Shown here piece by piece: positions 22,677-32,040 of a DNA stretch of 37,956 bases (positions within the stretch are counted from its first letter, which is position 1; each line of letters begins with the position of its first letter). Under the pieces are notes generated by a model. That model was not told the origin of the DNA, searched no databases, and saw nothing but the letters and a program-made list of their open reading frames with translations. This DNA comes from Saprospiraceae bacterium. GTDB lineage: Bacteria > Bacteroidota > Bacteroidia > Chitinophagales > Saprospiraceae. The DNA lies in assembly GCA_022842255.1 (NCBI GenBank), contig JALHPW010000002.1, forward strand, positions 1-37,956, in the 5' to 3' direction. The translations under genes were made by a program, and so were the position numbers.

Positions 22677-25600
22677 TTATCGAAGCAAAGTCACATCCTT
22701 ACTCTCTCGGTGGCGTTCTCCACCACACTCATAATCCAAGACCCACACATATACATCGGAAGGGGCTAGTTTGTCGCCAATCCGGCCATCCCATTGCGCA
22801 TTCGGACCGGAACCCTCGTACAGCTTTTGTCCCCAACGATCGTACACCCGGAGCGACAGGATCACGTCAGCGCCCTCGTGTGGCACTACCCGGAAGAGGT
22901 CGTTCGCCCCGTCACCATTGGGCGTAAACGCATTGGGGACGTAGATTTTGGTTTCATCGCACACGAATACACGGTATTCAACCGAATCCCGACAACCATT
23001 ACCATCCGTTACAACCAGTAAGAAGGTCGTAGAGGTATCAGGACTAGCTGTAGGGTCTGGGCAATTGGGAATGGAATCGCAGCCTGGTGGGAAAGTCAAA
23101 TCGCCCAATGGGCTCCATTCATAATTTACATAATCGTCCGGTGTTTCGATGACCACCTCCCCGCCCAACGCAATCACCAGCGCCGAATCCTGCTCCGGCA
23201 CCTGCGGACTGGGCACTTCTTTAACCGTCACACAAGTGGTTACCACACAACCTGTTATGGGCGAAACCTCGGTTTTGCAGATAACCCCAGTACTGGTAAA
23301 CGTACTGTCAAAAACGGTTTTGGAAGTTCCCTCGCAAAATGCCACGGTTTCCTCAATCGTAGTCGGCTCTACCTTCAGTTCTTGACTGATGATGCTGTCG
23401 CAACCGTTGATATTTTGCAGTTCCAAGGTGTAAATCCCGGGCACATCGGTCGTCTGGCCAAGTATCAAAACGGGGTTGCCTTCACAAGTGGTCAAGGTGG
23501 GCAATTGTATATTGGAAGCCGGGTTCACCGCCACCGACACACTGCCCGTACCCGTACAACCGCCTGAGAACGTAACGGTTACACTATAAACCGCATTCGA
23601 GCCTGGCTGAACCACCTGCAATTGCTGGTTCGGGTTGGAAATGCCAGGTCCCGTCCAATTGTAAGCCGATCCGCCTGCGGTGGCTTCCAGGGTGGCAGGC
23701 TCTCCTTCACAAATCACCAAATCCTCCGATTCAATCCCGAAGGAACCGCCAAACTGGATTTCAAATTTTCGCTCTATCGTGCAATCGCCCGATTTTTCCT
23801 GCAACACCAGCGTCACCAATTCGCCCGGTTGCACATCCGGGCCCGGCGTGTACACCGCGTTGGAGCAGTTGACGCAGCTCAAACCGTTGGGGGTGAGCCA
23901 GGTGTAGGTGCTGCCCGAAATGCTATCCGTTCCGACATTGACGGTCTGCAAATTGCAAAGCCCGATGCCTGTGGTGACAATCTGATTGCCCGCCAACGGG
24001 AAAATCTGATCGGCACAAGCACAGTTTTCATCCGCCGGAACGAGTGCCAGCAAATCGCAAAAAGCCGAAACCGGCAGGTTGTTGAGGTTTCCGGAAATGG
24101 GCAACACCCCTCCCGGAGCAATGGTACCGTTTTGGGTAATTTCCGCAATGAGGGGGTCGCTCAAGTCAATCTGACCATTGCCATTTTGGTCGTGATACAG
24201 CTGTACCAAGGGGTTGGTGGCAATGGAATTGCCAGCGTTTTCGAGCACCGCATTGAAGGTGGTCTGTCCGCCCTGTGTGTTCAACTCGAAGTTATTCAGT
24301 TGAAATTCAGGGTTTTGCGCATTCAGGTTGAGCAAAGACTCTCCTGTGGCAATGTAAATGTCACAGAATTGATTGCTCGACGAACAGAAGGCCTCCGTCT
24401 TTTCGCGGGTTTGCAACACCACAAATTTATCGGCACAACCCGCCGGGTCGTCGTATTGAATACGGAACGTAAAGCCAAGCACATTGCCTGCGCCAATATT
24501 GGTCGGCAAGGGCAATTGCAGCTGTTGGCCGGATACCTGAGGCGGGCCGTTGGGAGCGTTTGTTCCGGCCTGATACGAACCAGGCACGTACGAGGTGCCC
24601 GCGGGGAGCAGGATATAGATGCTATCGCCCGACATGGGGACATCGTTGACCGCAATGCTCGCCGAAAGTTGCACTTCCTGGCCACAACCAGCCGTGCCGG
24701 GTGGGTTGCTGAATTGCAGGTTAGAGGCTGCGGAACTGCTTGGCTCTACACCTTCTATACCGATTGGGTCGCCAGGTTCGCGCAAAATATTGGAATTGAT
24801 TCCACAAGACTGCACCGATTCAGCGCCATAAATCGGCTGCGAATTGGCTACCGCGCCACATTCTGCTATGACCCTGAATCGGATGCGCAAGGCATTGAGC
24901 GGGTTTTGATCGGCTGAAACCAGGCCGTTTTGGGCCAAAATGTTGGATGCGGATTCCGGATCGAATTGCCACACATTGCCCGGCACTTGCACCGGGTCGG
25001 CGAGGTTGATATACGCCCCGCCAGCAGGATAAGAAAGCTGCGAAGAGCCCGGTTGGATGCGCATTCCCGGTGGCAACTTGATGCTTGGCAGAATGTCGTA
25101 GGCCGTGCCATCATTGGCATTGGAAATTTCAAATTCAAAATACCCGGAAGGCTCACACATCGGAATAACGGGCGGCTGGTTTACCACCACCAGTTCCAAT
25201 TCCGGCGGCTGTGGGCGCAGTTCTATGGTTTTGACAAAGCTGCCACAGGCATCGCCGTTCGCGTTGAAAACCTGGGCACAATCCCAACCAAAACGGAAGG
25301 TGACGGTGACGGGGCGACAACTCAGGTTGCGAGCGATAAAACGAAGGGCTGGCTGGCCAAAACTCACCAGATTGCCCAATTGATATACCCCGCCGACCTG
25401 CGGAACCGGCGTTTGCCCAGGCATGAGCAAAAGCTGTATGTCTTCCAAATCTCCATCCGATTCTATGCTCATCCAGGTATTGGGTGCGTTCACAGGCGCA
25501 TTGTTGCGCAGGAAAAAATCGAGCAGTACATCATCCGTAGGCAAGTACAATATCTCGTCTAGGGTAAAAAACTGCAATTCCGGGCTACCACTTTGGTACC

Positions 25601-28600
25601 CATTGGGGTTGGCAATGTAATAGGTGGCATTCACTGGGTCGTGGAAACACATGTTGGCGTATTCCAACCCCAGCACGGTGCGTCCAAATTTGGTACCGTC
25701 GTACCCACAAGTCGTGTCAAACCGCGTGCTGATTTCAAAATTATACCCCTCATCCAAGGTGTTGGCAAAAAACGGGCTGAGGTCGAGGGTCAATGAATCG
25801 CCTCCAAAGCCGGGCGCTATCGGGGTGGTGCCGAAAAGTTGGACGTTGTCTTGCAAACGCAGGTAATTCAACTTCGTTTCCAATAGCCCGACGGCCGTTG
25901 GCAGGCTGTAGGAATAGGCGGTTACCGTAGAAAGTTGACGCACCTCGAAGGGGAACATATTGGCCCGTGCAATCCGCATATTGTATTGGAAGGGCGACAC
26001 CTCGGTGCTTAGGTCGCAAGGCTCTATGATCTGAGCAGCTGGGTTCACGGATTCCAGATATCCAGAAAACTGGCAGATTTCCTTTTCGGTACAGAAATCT
26101 TCCAGCTCCCAAGAATAGGTTTTGTCTGTATCGCAAATGGAATTCCGGAAATTGATGAGCGGTGGCGCGTTCGAGCCATTGGGCGTAAAGTTGTTTTCAA
26201 ATTTGAAATCGGAGGTGAAAAACAACGAGTCCCCAGCTGAAAGCACAAAATTGGGCGGCAAACAATCCAATTGAGCAAATGGCAGGTTGAATTGGTGGAA
26301 CATATTGGTCAGCACATCGATGATCTGGGGCGGACGGATATTTGGTTCTGCTACCTGAATCACGTGCTGGTCAGACTTGATGTCGGGCAGGCCAATCGGG
26401 CAATCATATTGTTGTCCACCAGCCGTTTTGATGGTCAAGTGGGAAGACACAAAACTGGTGGTGTCGTAGTTGGCGAACAATATTTTGCCCAAGGCGATAT
26501 CGTATTCATCGCCGTCCAGGGTATCAAAATCGCTGGCCCAGGATTCAAAAAACACTCGGAAATTTAATGCGGAAAGCGTGCCCTGCAGCATGAATGCGCG
26601 CAGTTCGGTCCGCAAGGTGTCGCCCACAAGGAAGCGGTCGCGGCGTACGCCGGGCGCATTGGCGATGTTGTTGTTGTCGGCCGCGCGGTCGTCGTTGTTG
26701 TCCTGCAGGCCGTAGTTGGTGCGGTAGGAATCAAAATCTACCACGACCAAATTACCGCCGCCAAGCCCGCCGCCGCCACCACCTCCGCCGCCGCCACCGG
26801 TGGTATCACATTGATCATCCACTACCAGTATAAATTCGTCGCAAAACGTTATCGCACAGTTGATTGGGTCGTTGGGCGTGGTCGACACCATGGAGTAGGT
26901 ATGCAGTTTGAGTTGGCAGCCCCCACAATCTGAAGGCGGTGGGTAAACGATATAATCCAGGCCACGTGGCGGCACATTGGGCACGGTTTCTTCACATGGC
27001 ATGCCCTGCTCGCAATGATAGAGCAGGCAAATTCCGTCGCTGACAGAATCCTGCGAGAAGGGCAGGTCGAATACCATACGCACGGTAGTGGAGCCGTCGG
27101 CATTCGGGGTAATTTCGGATTCCAGCGGGGTTTGTCCGTCTAGGTTCAGCGGACAGGATTGCACCCAATCAAACCCAAGTGGTATTTCAAAAATGACTTG
27201 CAGGTAGCCCGTGTCTTGCACCAAGCGACCGGATTTAACCCAATAATTCAGGTTGTAAGTCTCATTGTCTTGCAGGCAATTTTCCAGGTTAAAATCCACA
27301 CTCGCCTCTACTTTCAAAAATGCCGTGTCCGGGTAAAAATTAAACACCGAACCAACGGGCACGTTGGGCGGACAAGCCTTGAAATAATTGTACCCCACGC
27401 GCATCGCTGGGATCAGTCCGCCACAAATGGGCTCGCAGTAATAGGTATTGAAACGCAGACGCACGGTATCGCCCGGCAAAACCTCGGGCACGGAGACAGT
27501 TACATCCAAGGAGTAATCTGAAATACCACAACTTCCCAAGATGGTTGGTGTGTTGAACAGTGCGTTTAGCCCTTGCCAGCCAGAACCGTTGTTCCACTCA
27601 AACGAAGTTTGGTCGAGCGCATGAAAGGAGGTATCGAGCGTAAATGGGCTCACCAAAACATTCGTGGCGGCAAGTTCGCCGTTGTTGATGATCAGAATCT
27701 CCTGGGTGGACGGGATGGCCCCACATTGACTCACGGGTGCGGCGTAGATGGGTACAAACGACAGGCTTGGATTTTGGGTAGTGGGCAAAATCGTGATGGA
27801 AGCATATATGCTGTCTTCCCGGCAGTTTGGTCCGCCACATCCCCAACCGATAACGATGAGGGATTGATTGGTGAACGTTGGAATACCACAATCTTCTATC
27901 GTTATTTTTTCTACCAGGGTTATTTCCTCGTTGAATTCCAGGAGGTTGTCGCCATCCCCGACCGATGTGAAAACACTACCCGGCACATCGGCAGTGAAAA
28001 GTGTAGCCACGTTGGTCTGGTTCACCCCGCCCTGCAACTGGATGCTGATGCCAGGGAAGTGGGCATCCCGGAACGACAGCGATTGAATGGCCCCTTCCCG
28101 GGTGTTTTTCATGGTAATCATCCGCATTACCACATCGCCTTTTTGGGCCGTGGTGGTGGGCGGCGTCACGCTGCTGATGTTCAACAAACCCGTTTCTACC
28201 GGATAAAAATTGGAGACAAATTGTTTGCTCCCCCCGGCATAGGTGGCTACGATGGTGTTGGAAAAGGTCAGGCCGTCGTTGATGGCTTGCACCACTGGAC
28301 AATCGGCCGTTATCCGCAGGGAAAAGGAAGCCGCCGCCCCGCCCGCCAAATCTGCTAGTGCAAAGACTGGGGCGTTGAGGTTGGAAATATTGTTTTCCGT
28401 GGCACCCGTCACCGACCCGGGCACGTACGTAATGCCCGCGGGGAACGTAATGGTCGTCCGCAGGTTGGTCGCTGCCGGTCCCGCACCATTTTGCAGGGTT
28501 ACGCTCATTTGGTCCGTTCCACAGACGTATAAGCTATCTGTATTTTGGGTGGAAATGACCAGATTTTGTGCAAAAAGGGTGGCAGAAAAAGCCAAGAAGG

Positions 28601-28625
28601 AAATGACGAGTAAGAAGTTTTTCAT
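22677..28625 (-). CDS. Giant (~1980 aa) cell-surface adhesin-like protein with T9SS type-B (gliding-motility-associated) C-terminal domain
   Basis: The ATG at 28625 gives the signal peptide MKNFLLVISFLAFSATLFAQ. There are DUF11-like segments (TITFPAGITYVPGSVTG, LLPAGTSYVPGSYQAG) and Cys-rich Ig/SprB-like repeats near the C-terminus. The terminal ...IYVPNAFTPNGDGANDLF...VYDRWGQKLY... is the type-B CTD signature. An internal poly-Gly run is encoded at 26754-26798. Confidence 0.85.
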   Translation of the reverse strand: MKNFLLVISFLAFSATLFAQNLVISTQNTDSLYVCGTDQMSVTLQNGAGPAATNLRTTITFPAGITYVPGSVTGATENNISNLNAPVFALADLAGGAAASFSLRITADCPVVQAINDGLTFSNTIVATYAGGSKQFVSNFYPVETGLLNISSVTPPTTTAQKGDVVMRMITMKNTREGAIQSLSFRDAHFPGISIQLQGGVNQTNVATLFTADVPGSVFTSVGDGDNLLEFNEEITLVEKITIEDCGIPTFTNQSLIVIGWGCGGPNCREDSIYASITILPTTQNPSLSFVPIYAAPVSQCGAIPSTQEILIINNGELAATNVLVSPFTLDTSFHALDQTSFEWNNGSGWQGLNALFNTPTILGSCGISDYSLDVTVSVPEVLPGDTVRLRFNTYYCEPICGGLIPAMRVGYNYFKACPPNVPVGSVFNFYPDTAFLKVEASVDFNLENCLQDNETYNLNYWVKSGRLVQDTGYLQVIFEIPLGFDWVQSCPLNLDGQTPLESEITPNADGSTTVRMVFDLPFSQDSVSDGICLLYHCEQGMPCEETVPNVPPRGLDYIVYPPPSDCGGCQLKLHTYSMVSTTPNDPINCAITFCDEFILVVDDQCDTTGGGGGGGGGGGLGGGNLVVVDFDSYRTNYGLQDNNDDRAADNNNIANAPGVRRDRFLVGDTLRTELRAFMLQGTLSALNFRVFFESWASDFDTLDGDEYDIALGKILFANYDTTSFVSSHLTIKTAGGQQYDCPIGLPDIKSDQHVIQVAEPNIRPPQIIDVLTNMFHQFNLPFAQLDCLPPNFVLSAGDSLFFTSDFKFENNFTPNGSNAPPLINFRNSICDTDKTYSWELEDFCTEKEICQFSGYLESVNPAAQIIEPCDLSTEVSPFQYNMRIARANMFPFEVRQLSTVTAYSYSLPTAVGLLETKLNYLRLQDNVQLFGTTPIAPGFGGDSLTLDLSPFFANTLDEGYNFEISTRFDTTCGYDGTKFGRTVLGLEYANMCFHDPVNATYYIANPNGYQSGSPELQFFTLDEILYLPTDDVLLDFFLRNNAPVNAPNTWMSIESDGDLEDIQLLLMPGQTPVPQVGGVYQLGNLVSFGQPALRFIARNLSCRPVTVTFRFGWDCAQVFNANGDACGSFVKTIELRPQPPELELVVVNQPPVIPMCEPSGYFEFEISNANDGTAYDILPSIKLPPGMRIQPGSSQLSYPAGGAYINLADPVQVPGNVWQFDPESASNILAQNGLVSADQNPLNALRIRFRVIAECGAVANSQPIYGAESVQSCGINSNILREPGDPIGIEGVEPSSSAASNLQFSNPPGTAGCGQEVQLSASIAVNDVPMSGDSIYILLPAGTSYVPGSYQAGTNAPNGPPQVSGQQLQLPLPTNIGAGNVLGFTFRIQYDDPAGCADKFVVLQTREKTEAFCSSSNQFCDIYIATGESLLNLNAQNPEFQLNNFELNTQGGQTTFNAVLENAGNSIATNPLVQLYHDQNGNGQIDLSDPLIAEITQNGTIAPGGVLPISGNLNNLPVSAFCDLLALVPADENCACADQIFPLAGNQIVTTGIGLCNLQTVNVGTDSISGSTYTWLTPNGLSCVNCSNAVYTPGPDVQPGELVTLVLQEKSGDCTIERKFEIQFGGSFGIESEDLVICEGEPATLEATAGGSAYNWTGPGISNPNQQLQVVQPGSNAVYSVTVTFSGGCTGTGSVSVAVNPASNIQLPTLTTCEGNPVLILGQTTDVPGIYTLELQNINGCDSIISQELKVEPTTIEETVAFCEGTSKTVFDSTFTSTGVICKTEVSPITGCVVTTCVTVKEVPSPQVPEQDSALVIALGGEVVIETPDDYVNYEWSPLGDLTFPPGCDSIPNCPDPTASPDTSTTFLLVVTDGNGCRDSVEYRVFVCDETKIYVPNAFTPNGDGANDLFRVVPHEGADVILSLRVYDRWGQKLYEGSGPNAQWDGRIGDKLAPSDVYVWVLDYECGGERHRESKDVTLLR

Positions 28626-28822
28626 CCTGTGGATATTTGTTGAACGGCTTTCAAATAAGCGAAGGGTATAAATTGAATTCCAGCGTCCAAAGTAAGCAGC
28701 GGAAATTGAACGCGAAAAGCAATTTTGTGAAATGACGCACAGTAGCGGTGAATGCGCTGCCCGGTTGAGCAAACACATTCACCCGTATGACGCACATGGG
28801 TGACAAAAGGCTGGGTAAGCAT

Positions 28823-28862
28823 AAAAAAACTGCCTTCCCGGAAATTCCGAAAAGGCAGTTTT
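28823..28862 (-). terminator. Rho-independent terminator of the PDZ-protein gene
   Basis: A 9-bp stem AACTGCCTT (28828-28836) pairs with AAGGCAGTT (28852-28860), with an inner CGG/CCG pairing. On the minus strand seven T follow. Confidence 0.8.
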
Positions 28863-28893
28863 GGATGGTAATATTGATATGCAGCTGCGTACA

Positions 28894-28940
28894 GGTTGAT
28901 GGGGTTTATACGGTTGATGGGGTTGATTAGGGTTTATAGA
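28894..28940. repeat. Tandem direct repeat just downstream of the PDZ-protein stop codon
   Basis: GGTTGATGGGGTT occurs at 28894-28906 and 28912-28924. GGGTTTATA occurs at 28902-28910 and 28931-28939. Confidence 0.75.
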
Positions 28941-28945
28941 GGGCC

Positions 28946-30745
28946 TCAATTCACAATCACTTGCTCCGTAAAAATCTTTTCTCCTTGTTGTACGTGGATA
29001 ACAATCGTCCCTTTTGCATAGTCCGAAAGGTCAAATTGCTGGCTGTATTTTCCACCGAAAGCATTGAGTTCTTCCCGGAACAGCTGACGGCCTGAGAGGT
29101 CAAAAAATGATACCGTGGTGGCCACTGGGTCGCTGGAAAATTCCACAGTCACCTGACCTTTACTTGGGTTTGGGTAAGCCCGGAAGTTGTTGAGTTTCAA
29201 GCTGCGGTCCTGCGAAGCAGCAGGCGGTGTATTCACTTTGGGTGCGTCGCCTTCCCCTTTTCGGATGGTGATGATGCTGCGTTCGCGTAGGCTGCGCTGG
29301 TCGTCCTCATTCCAATTCCAGGAAGTGAAATTGCGGACTTGCTCGCCATCGCCGTCCAGGATTTGGACGCGGCTGCTGTTGTCTTTACAAGCCTTAAGGG
29401 TCGCTTCGGTGCGCATGGTTTTGCCTTCACGCAGGTAGTCAATCTTCACTTGATCGCCTACTTTGTGTTTGGCGATTTCGGCCCAAAGGTCGTCGTGGTT
29501 TTTCACGCGCTGGCCATCGATGGCAGTAATGACGTCGCCTTGGGCCATGTTTACTTCTCGGGCCGCGGATTCTTCCGCAAAGTCATTGATACGCGAGCCT
29601 TCCGCGCTTCCTTCCGAATAAGCGTCGGAGAATACGCCCAGACAGGCGTCTTTGGAGCGGACGTTCACCGTGCAGTTGCCATTGTTTACGCCTACATCAT
29701 TCCACATTTGCTCCGGGTCGAAACCACTTAGGTCCCAGTTGCCGCTGTTTACGGACCAGGAGTTTTTTTGTTCAATAAGGGTAGCTTCGGTAGTATTGCG
29801 TTTTCCGTTGCGTTCGAAGACCACGTTTACTTTATCACCTGGTTTTGTGTAGGCCATAAAATCGCTGATGTCTTCAAAATCAGCAATGGGGGTGTCGTTT
29901 AACTGGAAAATTTCGTCGCCATCCCGCAAACCAGCTTTATCTGCGCCAGAGCCATCGGTGATGCTCACGGTTACCCCAGGCTCATCGTTTTCACCGCTAT
30001 TTTCCATGTCCGACACGCCGAGAAAACCCTTGGGTTCGACTTTCGTGTCGCATTTTACCTCACCGCGTTTGGTAAGCGTAGCTTCCGTGGTGGCGGCTTT
30101 CCCATTGCGCTCGTAGGCAATACGAACCTTGTCGCCCGGTTTGGCAGCGTTTACGAACTTGGACAAATCGCTCCATTTATTGGTAAGCGTTTCGTTGAGT
30201 TTTATGATTTTGTCGTTGTCGCGCAGCCCAGCACGGTCGGCAGCGGAACCACGCACCACATTTACCACCAATCCAGGTTTGTTGGCGTCTTCATCGGAAT
30301 CTTCATTGACCCCTAGGAAGGTTTCGCTATCGCCACAGGTAGTGGTGCCAGAATAGCCACTATATCCTTCATAGCCATTATATCCTTGATAACCCCCATA
30401 GCCTATTTCATCCCCCTCCTCTGACTCCTCCCCTGAATCTTCGCTAATCCGGACTGTTTTGGAGCCCTTCACCACGATGGTGCGCTCGTCGTCGCCGCCC
30501 GTAACCTTTACTTCAACCTGGGTGTTGTCAGCACGGTTATCGCGGATGTATTTTTCAACATCAAAATTTTCGGCGGCAGCCCCTTTTTTCACGATGGTTT
30601 CGGAGCTTTCGGAGCCGTCGGCATCCACGGTGCGTTTGGTGATGACGATTTTTTTAGCCCCGTTTTGTTGGGCAAAAATGGAAGAAACGCACCACGGAAA
30701 AAGCAACAAAGTGGCAGAAAGCAAAAGGATACGGGTTGTTTTCAT
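28946..30745 (-). CDS. Secreted protein with three PDZ domains, a Gly/Tyr low-complexity tract and T9SS type-A CTD; no catalytic domain recognised
   Basis: Signal peptide MKTTRILLLSATLLLFPWCVSSIFAQ. GYGGYQGYNGYEGYSGYSG tract. The PDZ blocks are GLVVNVVRGSAADRAGLRDNDKII, GVTVSITDGSGADKAGLRDGDEIF and AAREVNMAQGDVITAIDG. Each ends in ...ERNGK..TTEATL or REGKTMRTEATL. The CTD is AYPNPSKGQVTVEF... Confidence 0.8.
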   Translation of the reverse strand: MKTTRILLLSATLLLFPWCVSSIFAQQNGAKKIVITKRTVDADGSESSETIVKKGAAAENFDVEKYIRDNRADNTQVEVKVTGGDDERTIVVKGSKTVRISEDSGEESEEGDEIGYGGYQGYNGYEGYSGYSGTTTCGDSETFLGVNEDSDEDANKPGLVVNVVRGSAADRAGLRDNDKIIKLNETLTNKWSDLSKFVNAAKPGDKVRIAYERNGKAATTEATLTKRGEVKCDTKVEPKGFLGVSDMENSGENDEPGVTVSITDGSGADKAGLRDGDEIFQLNDTPIADFEDISDFMAYTKPGDKVNVVFERNGKRNTTEATLIEQKNSWSVNSGNWDLSGFDPEQMWNDVGVNNGNCTVNVRSKDACLGVFSDAYSEGSAEGSRINDFAEESAAREVNMAQGDVITAIDGQRVKNHDDLWAEIAKHKVGDQVKIDYLREGKTMRTEATLKACKDNSSRVQILDGDGEQVRNFTSWNWNEDDQRSLRERSIITIRKGEGDAPKVNTPPAASQDRSLKLNNFRAYPNPSKGQVTVEFSSDPVATTVSFFDLSGRQLFREELNAFGGKYSQQFDLSDYAKGTIVIHVQQGEKIFTEQVIVN

Positions 30746-31087
30746 AGATACAAGCAGAAAATAAGTGATGAAGGATAGGTGTTCGTTTGGTTATTGGGGT
30801 TGTGCCTGCCTGCGGGTAGGCAGGGTTATTTGTTTGGAGGCGCAGTTCAAAATCTGCCCCAATAGAGCAAGCCAAAAACGATGGACAAAATAGGTTTGTC
30901 GAAGTTGCACGACAACACATTTTTTGAAGAGAAAGATTCGACGTATGGAAAATTGCTGCCCCTGGGGGACGGGTTTCGACGAAAATTTTAACATTTTTTC
31001 CGAACAGAGGCCTTTGCACATACTTCATTTGAAAGGACAAACGTTAAAGCCCTGTCGGCCCATTTGGGTTGACCTTTTATTACATTC

Positions 31088-31115
31088 CACGAACAAGCAT
31101 TTAATCTCACGAACA
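31088..31115 (+). promoter_or_regulatory. Direct repeat CACGAACA x2 spaced 20 bp, just upstream of the response-regulator ATG
   Basis: The copies are at 31088-31095 and 31108-31115. The ATG is at 31132. Confidence 0.3.
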
Positions 31116-31131
31116 CTCTCAAACCGACTCT

Positions 31132-31863
31132 ATGGCAAGTGCTCGATACAAAATCCTGCTGGTCGAAGACGACCAAAATTTCGGCGACGTGCTGCGCTCT
31201 TACCTTGAGATGCACGATTACGAGGTAAATCTCGCCACCGACGGTGTGCTGGGCCTCGAAGCCTTCCGCAAAAGCCACTACGACCTTTGCGTATTCGACG
31301 TGATGATGCCCCGTAAGGATGGCTTCACCCTCGCCAAAGACGTACGCGAACGCAACAAAGACGTGCCCATCATCTTCCTTACGGCCAAAACCATGAAGGA
31401 CGATGTGCTGCAAGGTTTCAAGCTTGGCGCCGACGACTACATCCCAAAACCTTTCAATTCGGAAGAACTTTTGCTCCGGATTCAGGCCGTATTGAAGCGG
31501 GTAAATAAAAATCCGGACCCGCGCGACGACCAGCGCGAGTTTATCATTGGGAAATTCCACTTCAACTTCCCACTGCGCATCCTCACATTCCAGGACGCCA
31601 AACCCGGCGAGGAAAACCAGTGGAAACTCAGTCCCAAAGAGGCCGAACTGCTCAAAATGTTCTGCAAATACATCAACGACGTAACGCCACGTTCGGAAGC
31701 CCTCACCAAAATCTGGCATGAGGATACTTACTTTACAGCGCGTTCCATGGATGTGTTTGTAACCAAACTCCGCAAATACCTGGCGCTCGACCCCGCCATC
31801 GAAATCGTGAACATCCACGGCAATGGATTTCAACTTTTGGTGCGCGAACCAGCCGCCGCTTAA
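31132..31863 (+). CDS. OmpR/PhoB-family two-component response regulator (receiver plus winged-helix DNA-binding domain)
   Basis: KILLVEDD, the phospho-acceptor context LCVFDVMMPRKDG, IIFLTAK and GADDYIPKPF. The C-terminal winged-helix part includes LSPKEAELLKMF and TAR-SMDVFVTKLRKYL. Confidence 0.9.
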   Translation: MASARYKILLVEDDQNFGDVLRSYLEMHDYEVNLATDGVLGLEAFRKSHYDLCVFDVMMPRKDGFTLAKDVRERNKDVPIIFLTAKTMKDDVLQGFKLGADDYIPKPFNSEELLLRIQAVLKRVNKNPDPRDDQREFIIGKFHFNFPLRILTFQDAKPGEENQWKLSPKEAELLKMFCKYINDVTPRSEALTKIWHEDTYFTARSMDVFVTKLRKYLALDPAIEIVNIHGNGFQLLVREPAAA

Positions 31864-31905
31864 CCGAGACTTCCCTCGAAACTTTTAATATTCCTACCGA
31901 TTTAT

Positions 31906-31939
31906 AACCCGTATGTCGCCCACGACATGCGGGTTTTTT
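31906..31939 (+). terminator. Rho-independent terminator of the response-regulator gene
   Basis: A 13-bp stem (one G-U) AACCCGTATGTCG pairs with CGACATGCGGGTT around the loop CCCA. A T-run follows. Confidence 0.85.
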
Positions 31940-31971
31940 ATTAGACTTATTGCGTGCACTGCGCGCGCCAC

Positions 31972-32014
31972 AAAAAAACGCGGACCCAACAGCTTGTGCT
32001 GTCCAGTCCGCGTT
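31972..32014 (-). terminator. Rho-independent terminator of the SprB-repeat protein gene
   Basis: The stem AACGCGGAC (31977-31985) pairs with GTCCGCGTT (32006-32014), with an inner ACAGC/GCTGT pairing. On the minus strand seven T follow. Confidence 0.75.
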
Positions 32015-32040
32015 GCATTTTCAGCCAACTTATGTTAAGT

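Noticed and set aside
26754-26798. The GCC-rich tract could be a phase-variation microsatellite.
   Set aside because: The tract is an imperfect mix of Gly codons interrupted by a Leu codon. Any slippage by whole codons would stay in frame, so it cannot act as an on/off switch. It is kept only as a possible length-variable hinge.
30746-31131. ORFs of 76-128 aa lie in the divergent spacer between the PDZ gene and the response regulator. The same spacer has a short hairpin CCTGCC...GGCAGG at 30805-30824.
   Set aside because: The ORFs overlap one another in different frames and have no motifs. They sit where two divergent promoters must be. The hairpin has only 6 bp and no associated signal.
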